A stretch of 64,000 bases of DNA, from positions 104,159 to 168,158 of the IMG/VR virus record IMGVR_UViG_3300005077_000565; one strand, given 5' to 3'. Positions 27,401-37,828 of the stretch are shown here, in pieces (position 1 is the stretch's first letter; each line of letters opens with the position of its first letter). Position numbers and translations under genes: made by a program. The notes beneath the pieces are model-generated. The model had not been told where the DNA came from, did not search any database, and saw only the letters and a list, made by a program, of their open reading frames with translations. Origin of the DNA: a virus.

Positions 27401-28090
27401 ATGAATATTTACTATGTTTATCAACTAGTTGATCCTCGCAATAATAAACCTTTTTATATCGGAGAAGGAAAGGGTAATAGAGCCTGGAGTCATTTATCTT
27501 TTAACAGTGGTTGTAATAATCCGCACAAAGATAGAATAATACGTAAAATACAGTCTCAGGGGTTAGAAGTTGAAGTTCAAATTATTAAAGAAAATTTGTC
27601 AAAAGAAGAGTCACGAGAGTACGAAAAACAAATAATCAATTCTATAGGGCTAGAAAATTTATCTAACATTTGTCAGGATGCCAATCCGCCTATACTATCA
27701 GGAACTAGTAATGGATTTTATGGTAAAACTCACACAAACAAAACAAAACATATATTAGGATTAGTTAATAAGGGCAGAGATATAAAAACTAAAGAAGGAA
27801 AAGAGGCCATTAGCCGATCCTTAAAGAAACGCTGGCAAGATCCTGTACTAAGAGAAAGACAACTCGATGCTCTTAGGGCCAGAAAAGGTGAAAAAAGAAG
27901 TCAGCAAGCAAAAGAATCATATAAAAAATCAGCCGCTCAACGAGATGCTAACATGACTTCCGAAGATAGATCGTTGCGATCTAAAAAAGGTGCTGATACT
28001 AAAAAATTAAAGTATGCCGGGATGAAACGGCAAGCGTATGTCGATCAAGACGGCAATAAGAGATTTAGATACGTCCCTCTAGTTGATTAA
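27401..28090 (+). mobile_element. free-standing GIY-YIG homing endonuclease (NUMOD3-like C-terminal part)
   Basis: YYVYQLVDPR..PFYIGEG, FYGKTH; AT-rich; opposite strand to neighbours. Confidence 0.8.
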
Positions 28091-29084
28091 ACAATTCCAA
28101 TGATGCTAAGTTTTTACCTTTTGCCTCGGCCATAATATCGGCCCAGTTTAAGTGAGACAACGCCCATTCATTTATTTTTTTATTGGTGTAAAAATCACTA
28201 TGAGCACGTAATTTAGCTTTTTTTGTGTCGACTAACATTTCTTCCATTAATGGAATTTTGTTGCTGAATTTTGAGATGTATTCGTCTCTTGATTGACTAT
28301 AGTGAATAACTGGTCGAACGCCGCACCAACTATCAATCACTTGTTGAATACGGCTGTCAAAATACTCAATGTATTCTTCATCTTTAATAAGATGATGATG
28401 AATATCTAACACAATTGCTGCTTTATCTTTAAGTGCTAATAGATCATCGAGCCCTTGTTGGTATTCGTCATTTTCGAGAGTCAAACAATTTCGTGATTCG
28501 GGACTCATCAGACTCCAGGCGTCATTGAATCCTCTAACTCCTCGACTGCCACTTAAATGAATGTTAAGTTTGAAATCTAACTTGGATTTACCATACCCCA
28601 TCCACCGAATCATATCTGCATGATATTCTAATTCTTCTATAGATCTCTTAACCACATCAGGATTATCACTAACAATACAACAAAACTGACCGGGATGAAA
28701 ACTAAGGCGAACTCCGCGTTGCCGTGCTGCCTCCCCCACTCGCGCAAAATGTGTTTCGCAATAATTCCTAACGTCTAAACGGCGCCAGAAGTAATTCCAG
28801 CTGGGCTCGGTATAGACTGGCAATATGTCACTGCCCAGTCTTACCATACGTAGGTTTTCCTCCAGTGATCCTACACGCTCTACCAGCAACTGAATGGAAT
28901 TAATGTTGCTTGACATTAGATCCCAGAGCTTTTGTTCAGCGACTTCACGTGTTTGCCGATTCAACCAGGCCACTGTAGTGGTTCCTGTATTATATCGTTT
29001 AGCATCGTCACGTGGACGAATACCATTGACCTGATCCGGGCGATCAATCCATTTACAGGCGAATCCCAGACGTTTTGTTACCAT
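28065..29084 (-). CDS. uvsE: UV-damage endonuclease (UvsE/UvdE)
   Basis: LGFAC, MVRLGSD, SFHPGQF, TLENDE, VLDIHHH, HYSQS, AHSD, EAKGKN. Confidence 0.92.
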   Translation of the reverse strand: MVTKRLGFACKWIDRPDQVNGIRPRDDAKRYNTGTTTVAWLNRQTREVAEQKLWDLMSSNINSIQLLVERVGSLEENLRMVRLGSDILPVYTEPSWNYFWRRLDVRNYCETHFARVGEAARQRGVRLSFHPGQFCCIVSDNPDVVKRSIEELEYHADMIRWMGYGKSKLDFKLNIHLSGSRGVRGFNDAWSLMSPESRNCLTLENDEYQQGLDDLLALKDKAAIVLDIHHHLIKDEEYIEYFDSRIQQVIDSWCGVRPVIHYSQSRDEYISKFSNKIPLMEEMLVDTKKAKLRAHSDFYTNKKINEWALSHLNWADIMAEAKGKNLASLELFNQLEGRI

Positions 29085-29147
29085 ATTTTATCCATTTACA
29101 AGCAAACACATAAATATATTATACAACATTATTTAATAAAAGTCAAC

Positions 29148-29921
29148 ATGGCAAATACCAATCATCAAAATAAAAGAAAATTTCATACTGTTTATCAAAC
29201 CACTAACCTGATAAACAATAAAATTTATGTCGGTGCTCATTCTACAGATGATTTAACCGACGATTATTGTGGATCTGGAACTAACATAACTCGTGCATTA
29301 GAGAGATACGGGAGAACTTCTTTTAAGAAGGACATATTATATGTGTTTGAGACACCAGAAGAAATGTTTTCTAAAGAAAAAGAAATTGTAAATGCCGACT
29401 TTGTAAGACGTGCCGATGTTTATAATATTGTAGAAGGCGGGTATGGCGGATATAATAAAGGAACTACAGGTCTAAAACACCTTCACCATTTAATTACTAA
29501 CGAAAGATGTGCAGTTCATCCTAACGCGGTTGATAAAATGTTACAGGAAGGTTGGTCATTGGGCAGGAATATGTCTCCTACAACCGATACTGTTTGGATT
29601 TATAAAAATACTGAGAAGAGGATGATACATCCTATTGACTTATCTGTATATCTTAAAGAAGGATGGAAAAAGGGACTCCCTAAATCCCCCACACACGGAA
29701 AAGTTTGGATTTATCATCCTAAATTAGACGAGTATAGTTTGTGCGAAGAATCTGAACTTTCAATAAAGTTATCCGCTGGTTGGATTAAAAAGAAATGGGC
29801 TCCTGTTAAAAAGGGAGCCGTTTGGATAAACAACAGTATTGATAATCTCCGAATTCCTAACGATGAAATAGATACTTATATTTCTAAAGGTTGGAAAAAA
29901 GGGATGATAACAAAATTTTGA
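29148..29921 (+). mobile_element. free-standing GIY-YIG (Seg-like) homing endonuclease with C-terminal WI...GWKKG repeats
   Basis: VYQTTNLINNKIYVGAH, YCGSG, YNIVEGG. Start adjusted to MANTN; TAAATA at 29111-29116. Confidence 0.8.
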
Positions 29922-29928
29922 TTTTATG

Positions 29929-30492
29929 TCAAATAAACAGATGTTGGTATTTCGAGTAGAAATTCAGCGCTTCACGCTGTGTCATTGTGGGGATCTTGCG
30001 ATATTCAGGCTCTAGGCTGTCCCAGTTACGGAGTGCTGGGTGTGTGCGATTTTTTTCACTTAACCGCAGGCCGTATCTCCACCCAGATTGTGTCTGTTGT
30101 TCTACCCAGCGATTATGCATGAATTTGGCAGCAGTGGCCCTGATATTTTCGTAAACTTCTGAATCCATGTTTAATTCTAAAGGATTTTGTAGATCAGCAT
30201 CAGCACGATATAAGTTGCTGGTTTCAATTTCAAAATCTCCAGAATATCTAACGTCCCAGGCACTGACTATAAATTCAGCCTCACTGGGTTGTAGGTCACG
30301 AGTCAAATATACTAGATATACATAGGGCAATGACTCGTCCCCTACCACTTCATCTTCTTCGACTTCAAACTCGTCGTCTTGATCATAAATTGGTACTCCC
30401 GGGGGAGAAAATTTGATCACTGAATTAAACCAGATGTCCATTTCGTCATCAGTTAATTCACGATCAGTCAAAAGTCGAATATAGTGTTTCAT
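29929..30492 (-). CDS. RyR-domain-containing protein
   Basis: HNRW...GWRYG...THPALRNWDSL. Confidence 0.7.
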   Translation of the reverse strand: MKHYIRLLTDRELTDDEMDIWFNSVIKFSPPGVPIYDQDDEFEVEEDEVVGDESLPYVYLVYLTRDLQPSEAEFIVSAWDVRYSGDFEIETSNLYRADADLQNPLELNMDSEVYENIRATAAKFMHNRWVEQQTQSGWRYGLRLSEKNRTHPALRNWDSLEPEYRKIPTMTQREALNFYSKYQHLFI

Positions 30493-30494
30493 AA

Positions 30495-30995
30495 TTAACT
30501 ACGTTTACGTACTATTTTAGCAGAAATATCATCGTCGCCGGCCGGTGCACTAGCAACAGCGGCAGCCTCCTTGGGTTCTTCTGCTTCAGGTTTAGTAGGA
30601 GCTGGTCCAGACTCAACGGCTGCGGCCGCTGGTTTCTCTACTACTACACGAGTGATTGTGGGTGTGGGTGCAGGCACTTTTGATGATGTATATGCTTCCT
30701 TGCCATAAAATGCGGCGACAATGGCAGCCACTGATACAAAATAGGTCGGAGCCATATCACCCAAAACCCCCGCGGCATTATCTAATTTCAACAAACTAGC
30801 CACGACCACTGCAAAGGGATACAATAACATCCCACCTAGTGCAAACCAAGCCATGCCGCGTTGTGCATCTTGTTTCTTGTCTTCGTTCTCTAGCATCATC
30901 ATGCGTTCTGATTGATTGATCTCGTCGTCACTGACAATCCCATCACCATCAACGTCATATTGATTGTATACTGAATTTGCTTGTAGCTTTTTCAT
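30495..30995 (-). CDS. EF-hand plus 2-TM membrane protein (holin-like candidate)
   Basis: DVDGDGIVSDDE EF-hand loop, two TM segments, Pro/Ala tail. Confidence 0.6.
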   Translation of the reverse strand: MKKLQANSVYNQYDVDGDGIVSDDEINQSERMMMLENEDKKQDAQRGMAWFALGGMLLYPFAVVVASLLKLDNAAGVLGDMAPTYFVSVAAIVAAFYGKEAYTSSKVPAPTPTITRVVVEKPAAAAVESGPAPTKPEAEEPKEAAAVASAPAGDDDISAKIVRKRS

Positions 30996-31059
30996 AGTAA
31001 ATCACTCCTTAAAAATCTGACTACGTCTGTTATTTATTAAAAACAGTATTATCAGATAT

Positions 31060-31749
31060 TTAAACCTGTGTAGTATAGGTTAGTGAAACGAAAGCAGTCC
31101 ATTTAACTGCCGCGGCCGCAGATCCAGTCACTAACACCGACAATGCGTCATTGACGTCGTCGGCTTCGATAGCCGCAATCCAATCTGTGTTAGTTTCAGC
31201 AACAATTTCTTCTATAGGATCAGCAATAAGAATAGTGCTACCACTGTCATTAACGATGACACCAGTTAGCCTATAGCCACTATGTTCGTTGTTAGCCGAA
31301 TCCCTACCGACAATTTTAACTTCAGCCATGGCCACTGTATTAGCTGGTATTGCTATTCTGTAATTGTAATAAGTAGTGCCACCTGAACTAAAACTACTCT
31401 GCATCTGTAAAAGCGTGCTACTGAGAATGTCTGGTGATTTTAAAAACAATTCTGATTCAGTGTCATCGCTAGTTTCCCCGGTCAGTATAAATTGAATTTG
31501 TTTAGCGTTGCTGTCATATGAGCTTGTTATCACTAATAGATCCGCAGTTGAACCTCCACCGACGCCCAGTTCAACCCAACCGATATTTTTATATATCCAG
31601 AGTTTCGAATCAGCAGTGTGCTGTATGTAGATATCCCCCAGCTGTGCACTAGTGGATGGTGATGCAGTCCCCTGAAAAAAAGTCGGACCGCTTTTATGAA
31701 TTTTAAAGCTAGGATAACTTGTACCCTTAGCATTATAAGTTGTAGCCAT
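31060..31749 (-). CDS. putative virion structural protein
   Basis: Ser/Thr-rich beta character; GDIYI/WIYK fibre motif; late promoter. Confidence 0.6.
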   Translation of the reverse strand: MATTYNAKGTSYPSFKIHKSGPTFFQGTASPSTSAQLGDIYIQHTADSKLWIYKNIGWVELGVGGGSTADLLVITSSYDSNAKQIQFILTGETSDDTESELFLKSPDILSSTLLQMQSSFSSGGTTYYNYRIAIPANTVAMAEVKIVGRDSANNEHSGYRLTGVIVNDSGSTILIADPIEEIVAETNTDWIAAIEADDVNDALSVLVTGSAAAAVKWTAFVSLTYTTQV

Positions 31750-31840
31750 TTAATACTCCGTTCAGTGTATTACACTGATCAGACAACTGTGTTGTCTGTC
31801 GTTAAGCATGTGTGCTTACTGATATTTAGTATACTCAAAG

Positions 31841-31865
31841 AAATAGGCACCCTGGGTGCCTATTT
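31841..31865. terminator. intrinsic terminator
   Basis: AAATAGGCACC-CTG-GGTGCCTATTT. Confidence 0.7.
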
Positions 31866-31886
31866 GTATTTTGATTAATTTAAAAA

Positions 31887-32150
31887 TTATTCAAAAGTAG
31901 CAACAACAGCGGCTGTTACACCAGTTGCGCCGTAGTTAGAACCAGCAGTTACGCCAGCGCCCTGAACTACTAGAGTTAGAACGTTAGTTGCTACGATAGT
32001 GCCAGCAACAGTGTTACCTTCAGCTTCAGCAGCAGCGATAGCAGCCTTCATTTCAGCTTGGGTGATGCTTGATTTGCTCATAGTTACAACTTGAGACTTG
32101 GGACCTAGACCGTTACTTGAGCGTACGGCAGCAGTACTTGTTAATGCCAT
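31887..32150 (-). CDS. small Ala/Thr-rich putative virion protein
   Basis: AGGAGA SD, own TAAATA promoter and terminator. Confidence 0.65.
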   Translation of the reverse strand: MALTSTAAVRSSNGLGPKSQVVTMSKSSITQAEMKAAIAAAEAEGNTVAGTIVATNVLTLVVQGAGVTAGSNYGATGVTAAVVATFE

Positions 32151-32224
32151 TTTAAAATCTCCTAAAAATGTCTGCAATATTAATATTGCTTAAATTTATT
32201 TATCCTTTTTGGATAATTTACCTG

Positions 32225-33976
32225 TTATTCAGCAACATAAGTTACTATAACATAACCTGCACCAGCACTTGCACCAGTTATAGTGGCCAATAGTTGTGTG
32301 GCACTACCATAAAGATGCATGGTATCAATCTGATATATTCCTGTGGACTGTGCATCAATTTCATCAGCACTGGCCAGTTCGCTAGTAGCGCTGGTACGAC
32401 CAATAACGATTTCAGCACCGGAAGTATATGCACTAGTAACCACCACTTTCACAGCAGTGATGCGACTGTTTGCTGGTAAAATTGCACCAATGTTGACATC
32501 ACTAGTTCCCAGTGTTACTTGTCGTGTGCTTTCAACACCCTTAAGGCTAGTAGCAGTAGTCCAAGCTGGGAGGCCACTGTCAGTTGTCAGTACCTGCGTA
32601 TTAGTGCCTGTACCAATGGCCAACTTGGCTAATGTACCGTCAGAACCAGTACTGCCAGCATAAATCAAATCACCAGCAGTGTAGGAATCTTGACCAGTAC
32701 CACCGTGGCTTTCTGGCAGAACACCAGTCACCGCATTAGCGGCAGCTAAATCAACTGCACCATATTCTAATACTCCAGCGCCGCTGACACGTAAAACCTG
32801 GTTGTTTAATCCAACACTTAGTTTAGCTAATTTGCTGCCACCATCACCGTACAATAGGTCGTATTGGCTATATGAACTTTCTCCAGTACCACCGTTGGTT
32901 TCATCTAAAACACCACTGACACTGACGCCAGTCTGACCTAGATCAACTGCGCCATAACCCAGTGTTCCAGAACCATTTACTCGTAATACCTGATAGTTGG
33001 AACCTACGGTAAGCTCAGTCGTGCTGTTATTAGTCAAGTCACTTAGATACAGGCTCTGATTGGCAAAGGCGCTGACATCAGCACCCATGCCGCCGCGGCT
33101 ACGTAGCAATGTACCAGTAGTGGCGGCCGCTTGATTTAAACTCAGTGCGCTCCAGTTGGCAGTGCCACCAGAACCATCAGATACCAATACCTGATACTGT
33201 GTATTGCTGGATTTAACAGCTAGATCATCATCGTCTAAATGCAGTGTAGTACCATCAACACGTACATATATACGGTTACCGTCCTGTGCTAGACCGTCGT
33301 TGGCGTAGATGCCAGTTACACGACTAAACTGAGCCCATACAATTGGGTCAGTGCCGATCACAGCAGCCGATGTTGGTGAGCTTACTACCCAACCACTGTC
33401 CTGCCAGACTGTGCCTTCGAGTACGAATACAAACACCCCACCGCCGAATTCGGTCTGTGTACTTGGTGATGCTGTACCTCCGGGTGGTGGTAAATTGTCG
33501 CAATCCTCTGCACGGGTCAGTGTACCAGATGCAAATACGAACACACCGTTACCAATTTGATCGCCACCAGTGGCATCTTTGATAAGAACACGATCGTCGT
33601 CATTCAATGTAACGCCGTCGATGACACCACCAGTCAATGTCCAGGTATCAGTACCTGAATTATAAGACAAGTTTGTCATGTCATTAGTGGCTGTACCACC
33701 ACTGACATTACTGTCAATGGTTGTTAACCCGTTTGTGGCAACACGACACGCTTGTTTGGGCTTTAAGCCCTGTGCCATACTGTCTACGTAGTATTTTGTG
33801 GCTGCATCACTGTTAATTACAGGTTCAGCAACACGTAAATTTACATAACTTGAATCAGCGAGGTTTCGTACTGTGAAAACATTATCACCAGAGTCAAACT
33901 TAATACGTCCGTTGCCCTTGCCAAATTGAACGTCCTCGTTTACACCTGCTAAACCATATTGTTTAATGAGTGCCAT
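32225..33976 (-). CDS. tail/head fibre-like structural protein with GGTG repeats
   Basis: DAATKYYVD, DRVLIKD..NGVF, repeated QVL(RV)..G.L.YG.VDL..V.GVL...GGTG units. Confidence 0.75.
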   Translation of the reverse strand: MALIKQYGLAGVNEDVQFGKGNGRIKFDSGDNVFTVRNLADSSYVNLRVAEPVINSDAATKYYVDSMAQGLKPKQACRVATNGLTTIDSNVSGGTATNDMTNLSYNSGTDTWTLTGGVIDGVTLNDDDRVLIKDATGGDQIGNGVFVFASGTLTRAEDCDNLPPPGGTASPSTQTEFGGGVFVFVLEGTVWQDSGWVVSSPTSAAVIGTDPIVWAQFSRVTGIYANDGLAQDGNRIYVRVDGTTLHLDDDDLAVKSSNTQYQVLVSDGSGGTANWSALSLNQAAATTGTLLRSRGGMGADVSAFANQSLYLSDLTNNSTTELTVGSNYQVLRVNGSGTLGYGAVDLGQTGVSVSGVLDETNGGTGESSYSQYDLLYGDGGSKLAKLSVGLNNQVLRVSGAGVLEYGAVDLAAANAVTGVLPESHGGTGQDSYTAGDLIYAGSTGSDGTLAKLAIGTGTNTQVLTTDSGLPAWTTATSLKGVESTRQVTLGTSDVNIGAILPANSRITAVKVVVTSAYTSGAEIVIGRTSATSELASADEIDAQSTGIYQIDTMHLYGSATQLLATITGASAGAGYVIVTYVAE

Positions 33977-34008
33977 TTCTTACTCCTAAATTCTTTCGAT
34001 ACTCTTAT

Positions 34009-35385
34009 TTATACATAAGTTATTAAAATCTCTGCTTCACCAACCGAGGCTGCGTGATTGATACCAGCTAATATAATAATATCAGTGCCACTGACATCAT
34101 ATATGAAATTTGGAAAGCTGTAATAACTTCCGGAAATCGTTAAATCATTTTCTACAGAACTCATAAATTTATCAGCAGTGCTGGAATCACCAACCACTAG
34201 GGTAGCTGCTGGGTCATTGAAAGGGGTGTTGACTTTAACACTGACGTTGACAATTCTAATACCGGGCTTGACTGTAAACAGCGGTGTGTTTGCTAGGCTG
34301 TTGACACCAATAGTTCGTTTAATACTGCGTGCATTGGCTGACGTTGCTGATTTATTGATGACAACAGACCAGCCATCAACAGAGTACATGTAGTATCCCC
34401 AGTCATCGACTGCTGTTACATTCTTGACATATGCTGTGTCACCTAGCTTGACTTCAGTTAATGTGTTAAGTTCTGATAGATCATTGACGACAAATGTGTT
34501 GGGCAGTGTTTCAGTGTTGTTGAGTCCGGAATTTACAAATACTGCTCGGCGGTTGTCAATTTTAATATACAGCGGTTGTCCGGAACGTCGGCTGCTTACT
34601 GTATTGGGGTCGATATTGATCAATGATCCGGAACTTGACGAGTAGTCAATAAAATATAACTGACCTGGGCCGCCAGAGCTCAGTACAATGTCTAGTACTG
34701 GTCCAGCGGTGCGTATTCTGAAATAATCGTTGGTGGGGTAATTTACTTCTTCAACTACACCAATAGCGAATCTGGCCTGAGTACTTGAAGATGATGTATG
34801 GTCCACGGCCGAATATGTACCATTATTGTTAAGTACTACTGCAGTACCAATAGAGAATGTGTGCCCAGGCTGAAATACCTGCAGTGTATCGTGCTTACCA
34901 CGTTGAAAAAATCTACTTAAAATTTCAGCTGCAAATCCAATGGAGAAGTTTGCTGGCAGTACGTCGGGTAATGGAAACAATACTGGTAATTGGTTCTTAG
35001 TTTTAAATATAAAACCCACACCATCTAGTATAGCACCGTCAGCACCCTGTGATGGATCCATTAGCGCATTTAATTTATCTTCGTCACTGACAATCAATTC
35101 CACATTATTGATTGTGTTCTGACTAATGATCTGCGTTATCTTATAAATTTTGCCACCGGACTCGGTTATGATATAATCCCCGACTTCGATGTCACGAACA
35201 TCGTATTGTTGTGGTCTTAGACTACCGTAGCTGCTGTGTAACTGTGTGTTAACGTCCATGAGTAGTCTCCACTCACTGGGCTGGCCAGCGGCATCATCGA
35301 CTCCCGGAGTCCCGGGCCAGGTACCTTCAATGTTGAGTGTACGCACACTGCAACTTAAAATCATAGGTGGAGCTATATTAGTCAT
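34009..35385 (-). CDS. putative virion structural protein
   Basis: In the structural block; C-terminal domain resembles that of 32225..33976. Confidence 0.65.
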   Translation of the reverse strand: MTNIAPPMILSCSVRTLNIEGTWPGTPGVDDAAGQPSEWRLLMDVNTQLHSSYGSLRPQQYDVRDIEVGDYIITESGGKIYKITQIISQNTINNVELIVSDEDKLNALMDPSQGADGAILDGVGFIFKTKNQLPVLFPLPDVLPANFSIGFAAEILSRFFQRGKHDTLQVFQPGHTFSIGTAVVLNNNGTYSAVDHTSSSSTQARFAIGVVEEVNYPTNDYFRIRTAGPVLDIVLSSGGPGQLYFIDYSSSSGSLINIDPNTVSSRRSGQPLYIKIDNRRAVFVNSGLNNTETLPNTFVVNDLSELNTLTEVKLGDTAYVKNVTAVDDWGYYMYSVDGWSVVINKSATSANARSIKRTIGVNSLANTPLFTVKPGIRIVNVSVKVNTPFNDPAATLVVGDSSTADKFMSSVENDLTISGSYYSFPNFIYDVSGTDIIILAGINHAASVGEAEILITYV

Positions 35386-35388
35386 CTA

Positions 35389-36456
35389 TTAGAAAATAAT
35401 GTTAATATATCCATGTCCGTTGGCGTCAGCACCCATTACTGAAGCTACAACATTGATTTCAAAGGTGGTAGTGGGGTTATTTGCATCCAACAACACCTGA
35501 TAGTTACCAGTGGGCTGACGATATTTGTATTTGTTGGTAACACTGTCATAGCCGTAATAGGTCACTAATTTAGGCCAGCTACCAAACGCATGTGTAATTG
35601 ATAATTGGTTACCAATTCTTGAAACTTGAAGGTCTGCAGGTACTTCTGAAAATCCCTCTAGGTTACCGTCTTGTTCAAAGGTCACTCTGAAAGTTCGGTT
35701 TACAGTATATGTGTCAGTGGTCCAGGCTGGACCATTGGCAGTTTGCTTGAGGAAAGATCCAGTGGCACCAGTGGGTATGTTTCCAATATCACCGTCTTCA
35801 ACAATTAGTACAGTTTTTTCATCTGAAGGTGCAAATCCATAATCAGGGAAATCTACATGGACTTCATCACCTACCACTGTGGCAGTGATTTTTCCAGTTC
35901 CTTTAATTGAACGAAGCTGAATGTCCTCACCGTCTTTTACTTTGTATATACCAGCACCGGTACCAATGTTGCTGGCTGTATTAACTTCAGCTTGACAGTT
36001 GAATAAAATTTCATTAGGATCTTGTTGTATCTGAAAATTGCGGTTACCGGCGTGCAGTGCGAGACGTCGGAAACGTAACACATTGCTGACAGTGCCGGCG
36101 TACACTTCAGCCACACCAGCACCGATATTAGTTCCAGTGTTTAGTAGACTACCACCATTGGCAATGTCTATTAAAACAGTACTGCCATCGTCAGTGATGG
36201 ACATGTTCGCGCCGACCTGTATACTTTTGAGATTGAGTGTATTCCCAGTAACACCGTTTTCAATACTAGTTCCTGAACCCAGTGTACTGACCCCAGTTAC
36301 AACAGCATCACCATCCAGACTCAGTGATGTATTTACAAAAGCACCAGCAGACGGGCTCCACTGCAGAACGTCATCAGCAGCAATATCTGAAAGATCTATT
36401 TTAATTAACGGGATTGTCTGGGTAGTAATTGTTGAATTACTCGCATATATAGCCAT
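35389..36456 (-). CDS. putative fibre/structural protein
   Basis: Three repeats of (T/N)(L/I)G.G.....G..L..(K/R)S(I/L). Confidence 0.65.
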   Translation of the reverse strand: MAIYASNSTITTQTIPLIKIDLSDIAADDVLQWSPSAGAFVNTSLSLDGDAVVTGVSTLGSGTSIENGVTGNTLNLKSIQVGANMSITDDGSTVLIDIANGGSLLNTGTNIGAGVAEVYAGTVSNVLRFRRLALHAGNRNFQIQQDPNEILFNCQAEVNTASNIGTGAGIYKVKDGEDIQLRSIKGTGKITATVVGDEVHVDFPDYGFAPSDEKTVLIVEDGDIGNIPTGATGSFLKQTANGPAWTTDTYTVNRTFRVTFEQDGNLEGFSEVPADLQVSRIGNQLSITHAFGSWPKLVTYYGYDSVTNKYKYRQPTGNYQVLLDANNPTTTFEINVVASVMGADANGHGYINIIF

Positions 36457-36495
36457 ACTACTAACACCTTTAAATTATGTTAGTAGTATTTATGC

Positions 36496-36903
36496 TCAGA
36501 CGTTCAAAAGGATTTTATTGATACTACCGTGATTGACACTATCGTATTCAGTGTCGGGTAGGTGTGATCGATCAACACGAGCACGTATGTACATCAGGTT
36601 ACCACGGAAAGTAAAACCTTCGGATCCAGTATCTCCTCCGTTAGTTCCAGTGGGACTTGCGCTGTTCACTGGGTATTGGCGATAGCTGGTACCACTGGTT
36701 AGATAGATTGGGAACCAGTCGGCTTCGGTGGGCTCGGTTACAATAGTACCTTCAATGTGCACACGCCCAACAAAATTAGTAAAATGTACACTAACTGTAT
36801 GCAGTCCGTCAGTGTTACCATAGAATGCATCAGCACGAACAGCACTGCCAGTAAAATTCAATTCTTCTTGGTTGGTTAAAAGTGTATAGCTAACAGTGCT
36901 CAT
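36496..36903 (-). CDS. putative structural protein
   Basis: DGLHTV...FVGRVHIEGT...DWF...FRGNLMYIRA. Confidence 0.65.
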   Translation of the reverse strand: MSTVSYTLLTNQEELNFTGSAVRADAFYGNTDGLHTVSVHFTNFVGRVHIEGTIVTEPTEADWFPIYLTSGTSYRQYPVNSASPTGTNGGDTGSEGFTFRGNLMYIRARVDRSHLPDTEYDSVNHGSINKILLNV

Positions 36904-36912
36904 TGTTATTCC

Positions 36913-37080
36913 TTATGCTCGTTCAATTTCAACCAGTGTGCGATTTCCACCAGCCATTTGTTCAATAACCGCCTGCAGTGCAGCCATGTTATCCTGATCC
37001 ATGACAGCAGTCATGTCTGCTGTGTCTGGCAGCAGAGTACTAATTTTAATTACAATAACTTCTTCGTTGATTTTAGCCAT
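36913..37080 (-). CDS. small hypothetical protein (55 aa, MAKINEEVIVIKIS)
   Basis: Below the track cutoff; GAGG SD and TAAATA at 37099-37104. Confidence 0.7.
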   Translation of the reverse strand: MAKINEEVIVIKISTLLPDTADMTAVMDQDNMAALQAVIEQMAGGNRTLVEIERA

Positions 37081-37090
37081 TTAATGTACC

Positions 37091-37828
37091 TCAATGAATA
37101 TTTATCTTTTCAACTTCTGATATCAGCATTGCTTGCTGGTCAGTAACTGGGCTAGTACCACACATAAGTTTTATCTGTAGATAATCTACCTCGTCTGTTA
37201 GATATACAGTGCAACGATCCCAGGCGCTGACTCGGTAGTTTCGATTATTGGTCCCGTATCGTCGTCCATGCAAACCAAGCACCCTCTCGAAATTACGACT
37301 TAATTTGTAATCAGACTCTCCAGATTCTAAAATGTCTGCAATTTGTAGAGCACCAGTTCCTACAAAGTCAGCATTGGCCAGGTAGGTGAGTTTATATCGA
37401 TATTTTTTGTGGAAGAGATCCTTCCTCACTGATATTTTGGTATTATTTTTAATCTGCTCGGCATGATGTTCATTAACTGGCCCTGCCACGTAGGTCAATA
37501 TGTGTCGATATCGATCTAGTAGATATTTGATAACATCAATGTCATTGATGAATACGCTGAAATTTACTTCGCGCCGCAGACGATAGTCAATTTTATTCTC
37601 CAGAAGATAGTCGGTTATTTCTGTGTGTAGTTTTTTCAAACGATAATATTGCTGCCAGCCCACGGTGTCTTCATGATGTTTATAAAGTCCGGAACTCCAG
37701 ACATTTATGAATTCAAACGCTAGGCAGAAAGAATATCGACGATAGAACAACCTTTCACTGACGTTATAGGTTGTTCCCGGCTCAGTCAGACGTTTGATGT
37801 CATTTATACACAATGCTGACTTGGTCAT
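37091..37828 (-). CDS. hypothetical protein
   Basis: 245 aa; two LF...Y repeats. Confidence 0.6.
   Translation of the reverse strand: MTKSALCINDIKRLTEPGTTYNVSERLFYRRYSFCLAFEFINVWSSGLYKHHEDTVGWQQYYRLKKLHTEITDYLLENKIDYRLRREVNFSVFINDIDVIKYLLDRYRHILTYVAGPVNEHHAEQIKNNTKISVRKDLFHKKYRYKLTYLANADFVGTGALQIADILESGESDYKLSRNFERVLGLHGRRYGTNNRNYRVSAWDRCTVYLTDEVDYLQIKLMCGTSPVTDQQAMLISEVEKINIH

Noticed and set aside
28932-29147. N-terminal extension of the 329 aa plus-strand ORF
   Set aside because: It overlaps uvsE and its promoter; the GIY-YIG domain begins after the ATG at 29148.
27401-29921. Group I intron or intein associated with the endonucleases or polB
   Set aside because: uvsE, queD and polB read as uninterrupted ORFs of normal length; the endonucleases are free-standing.
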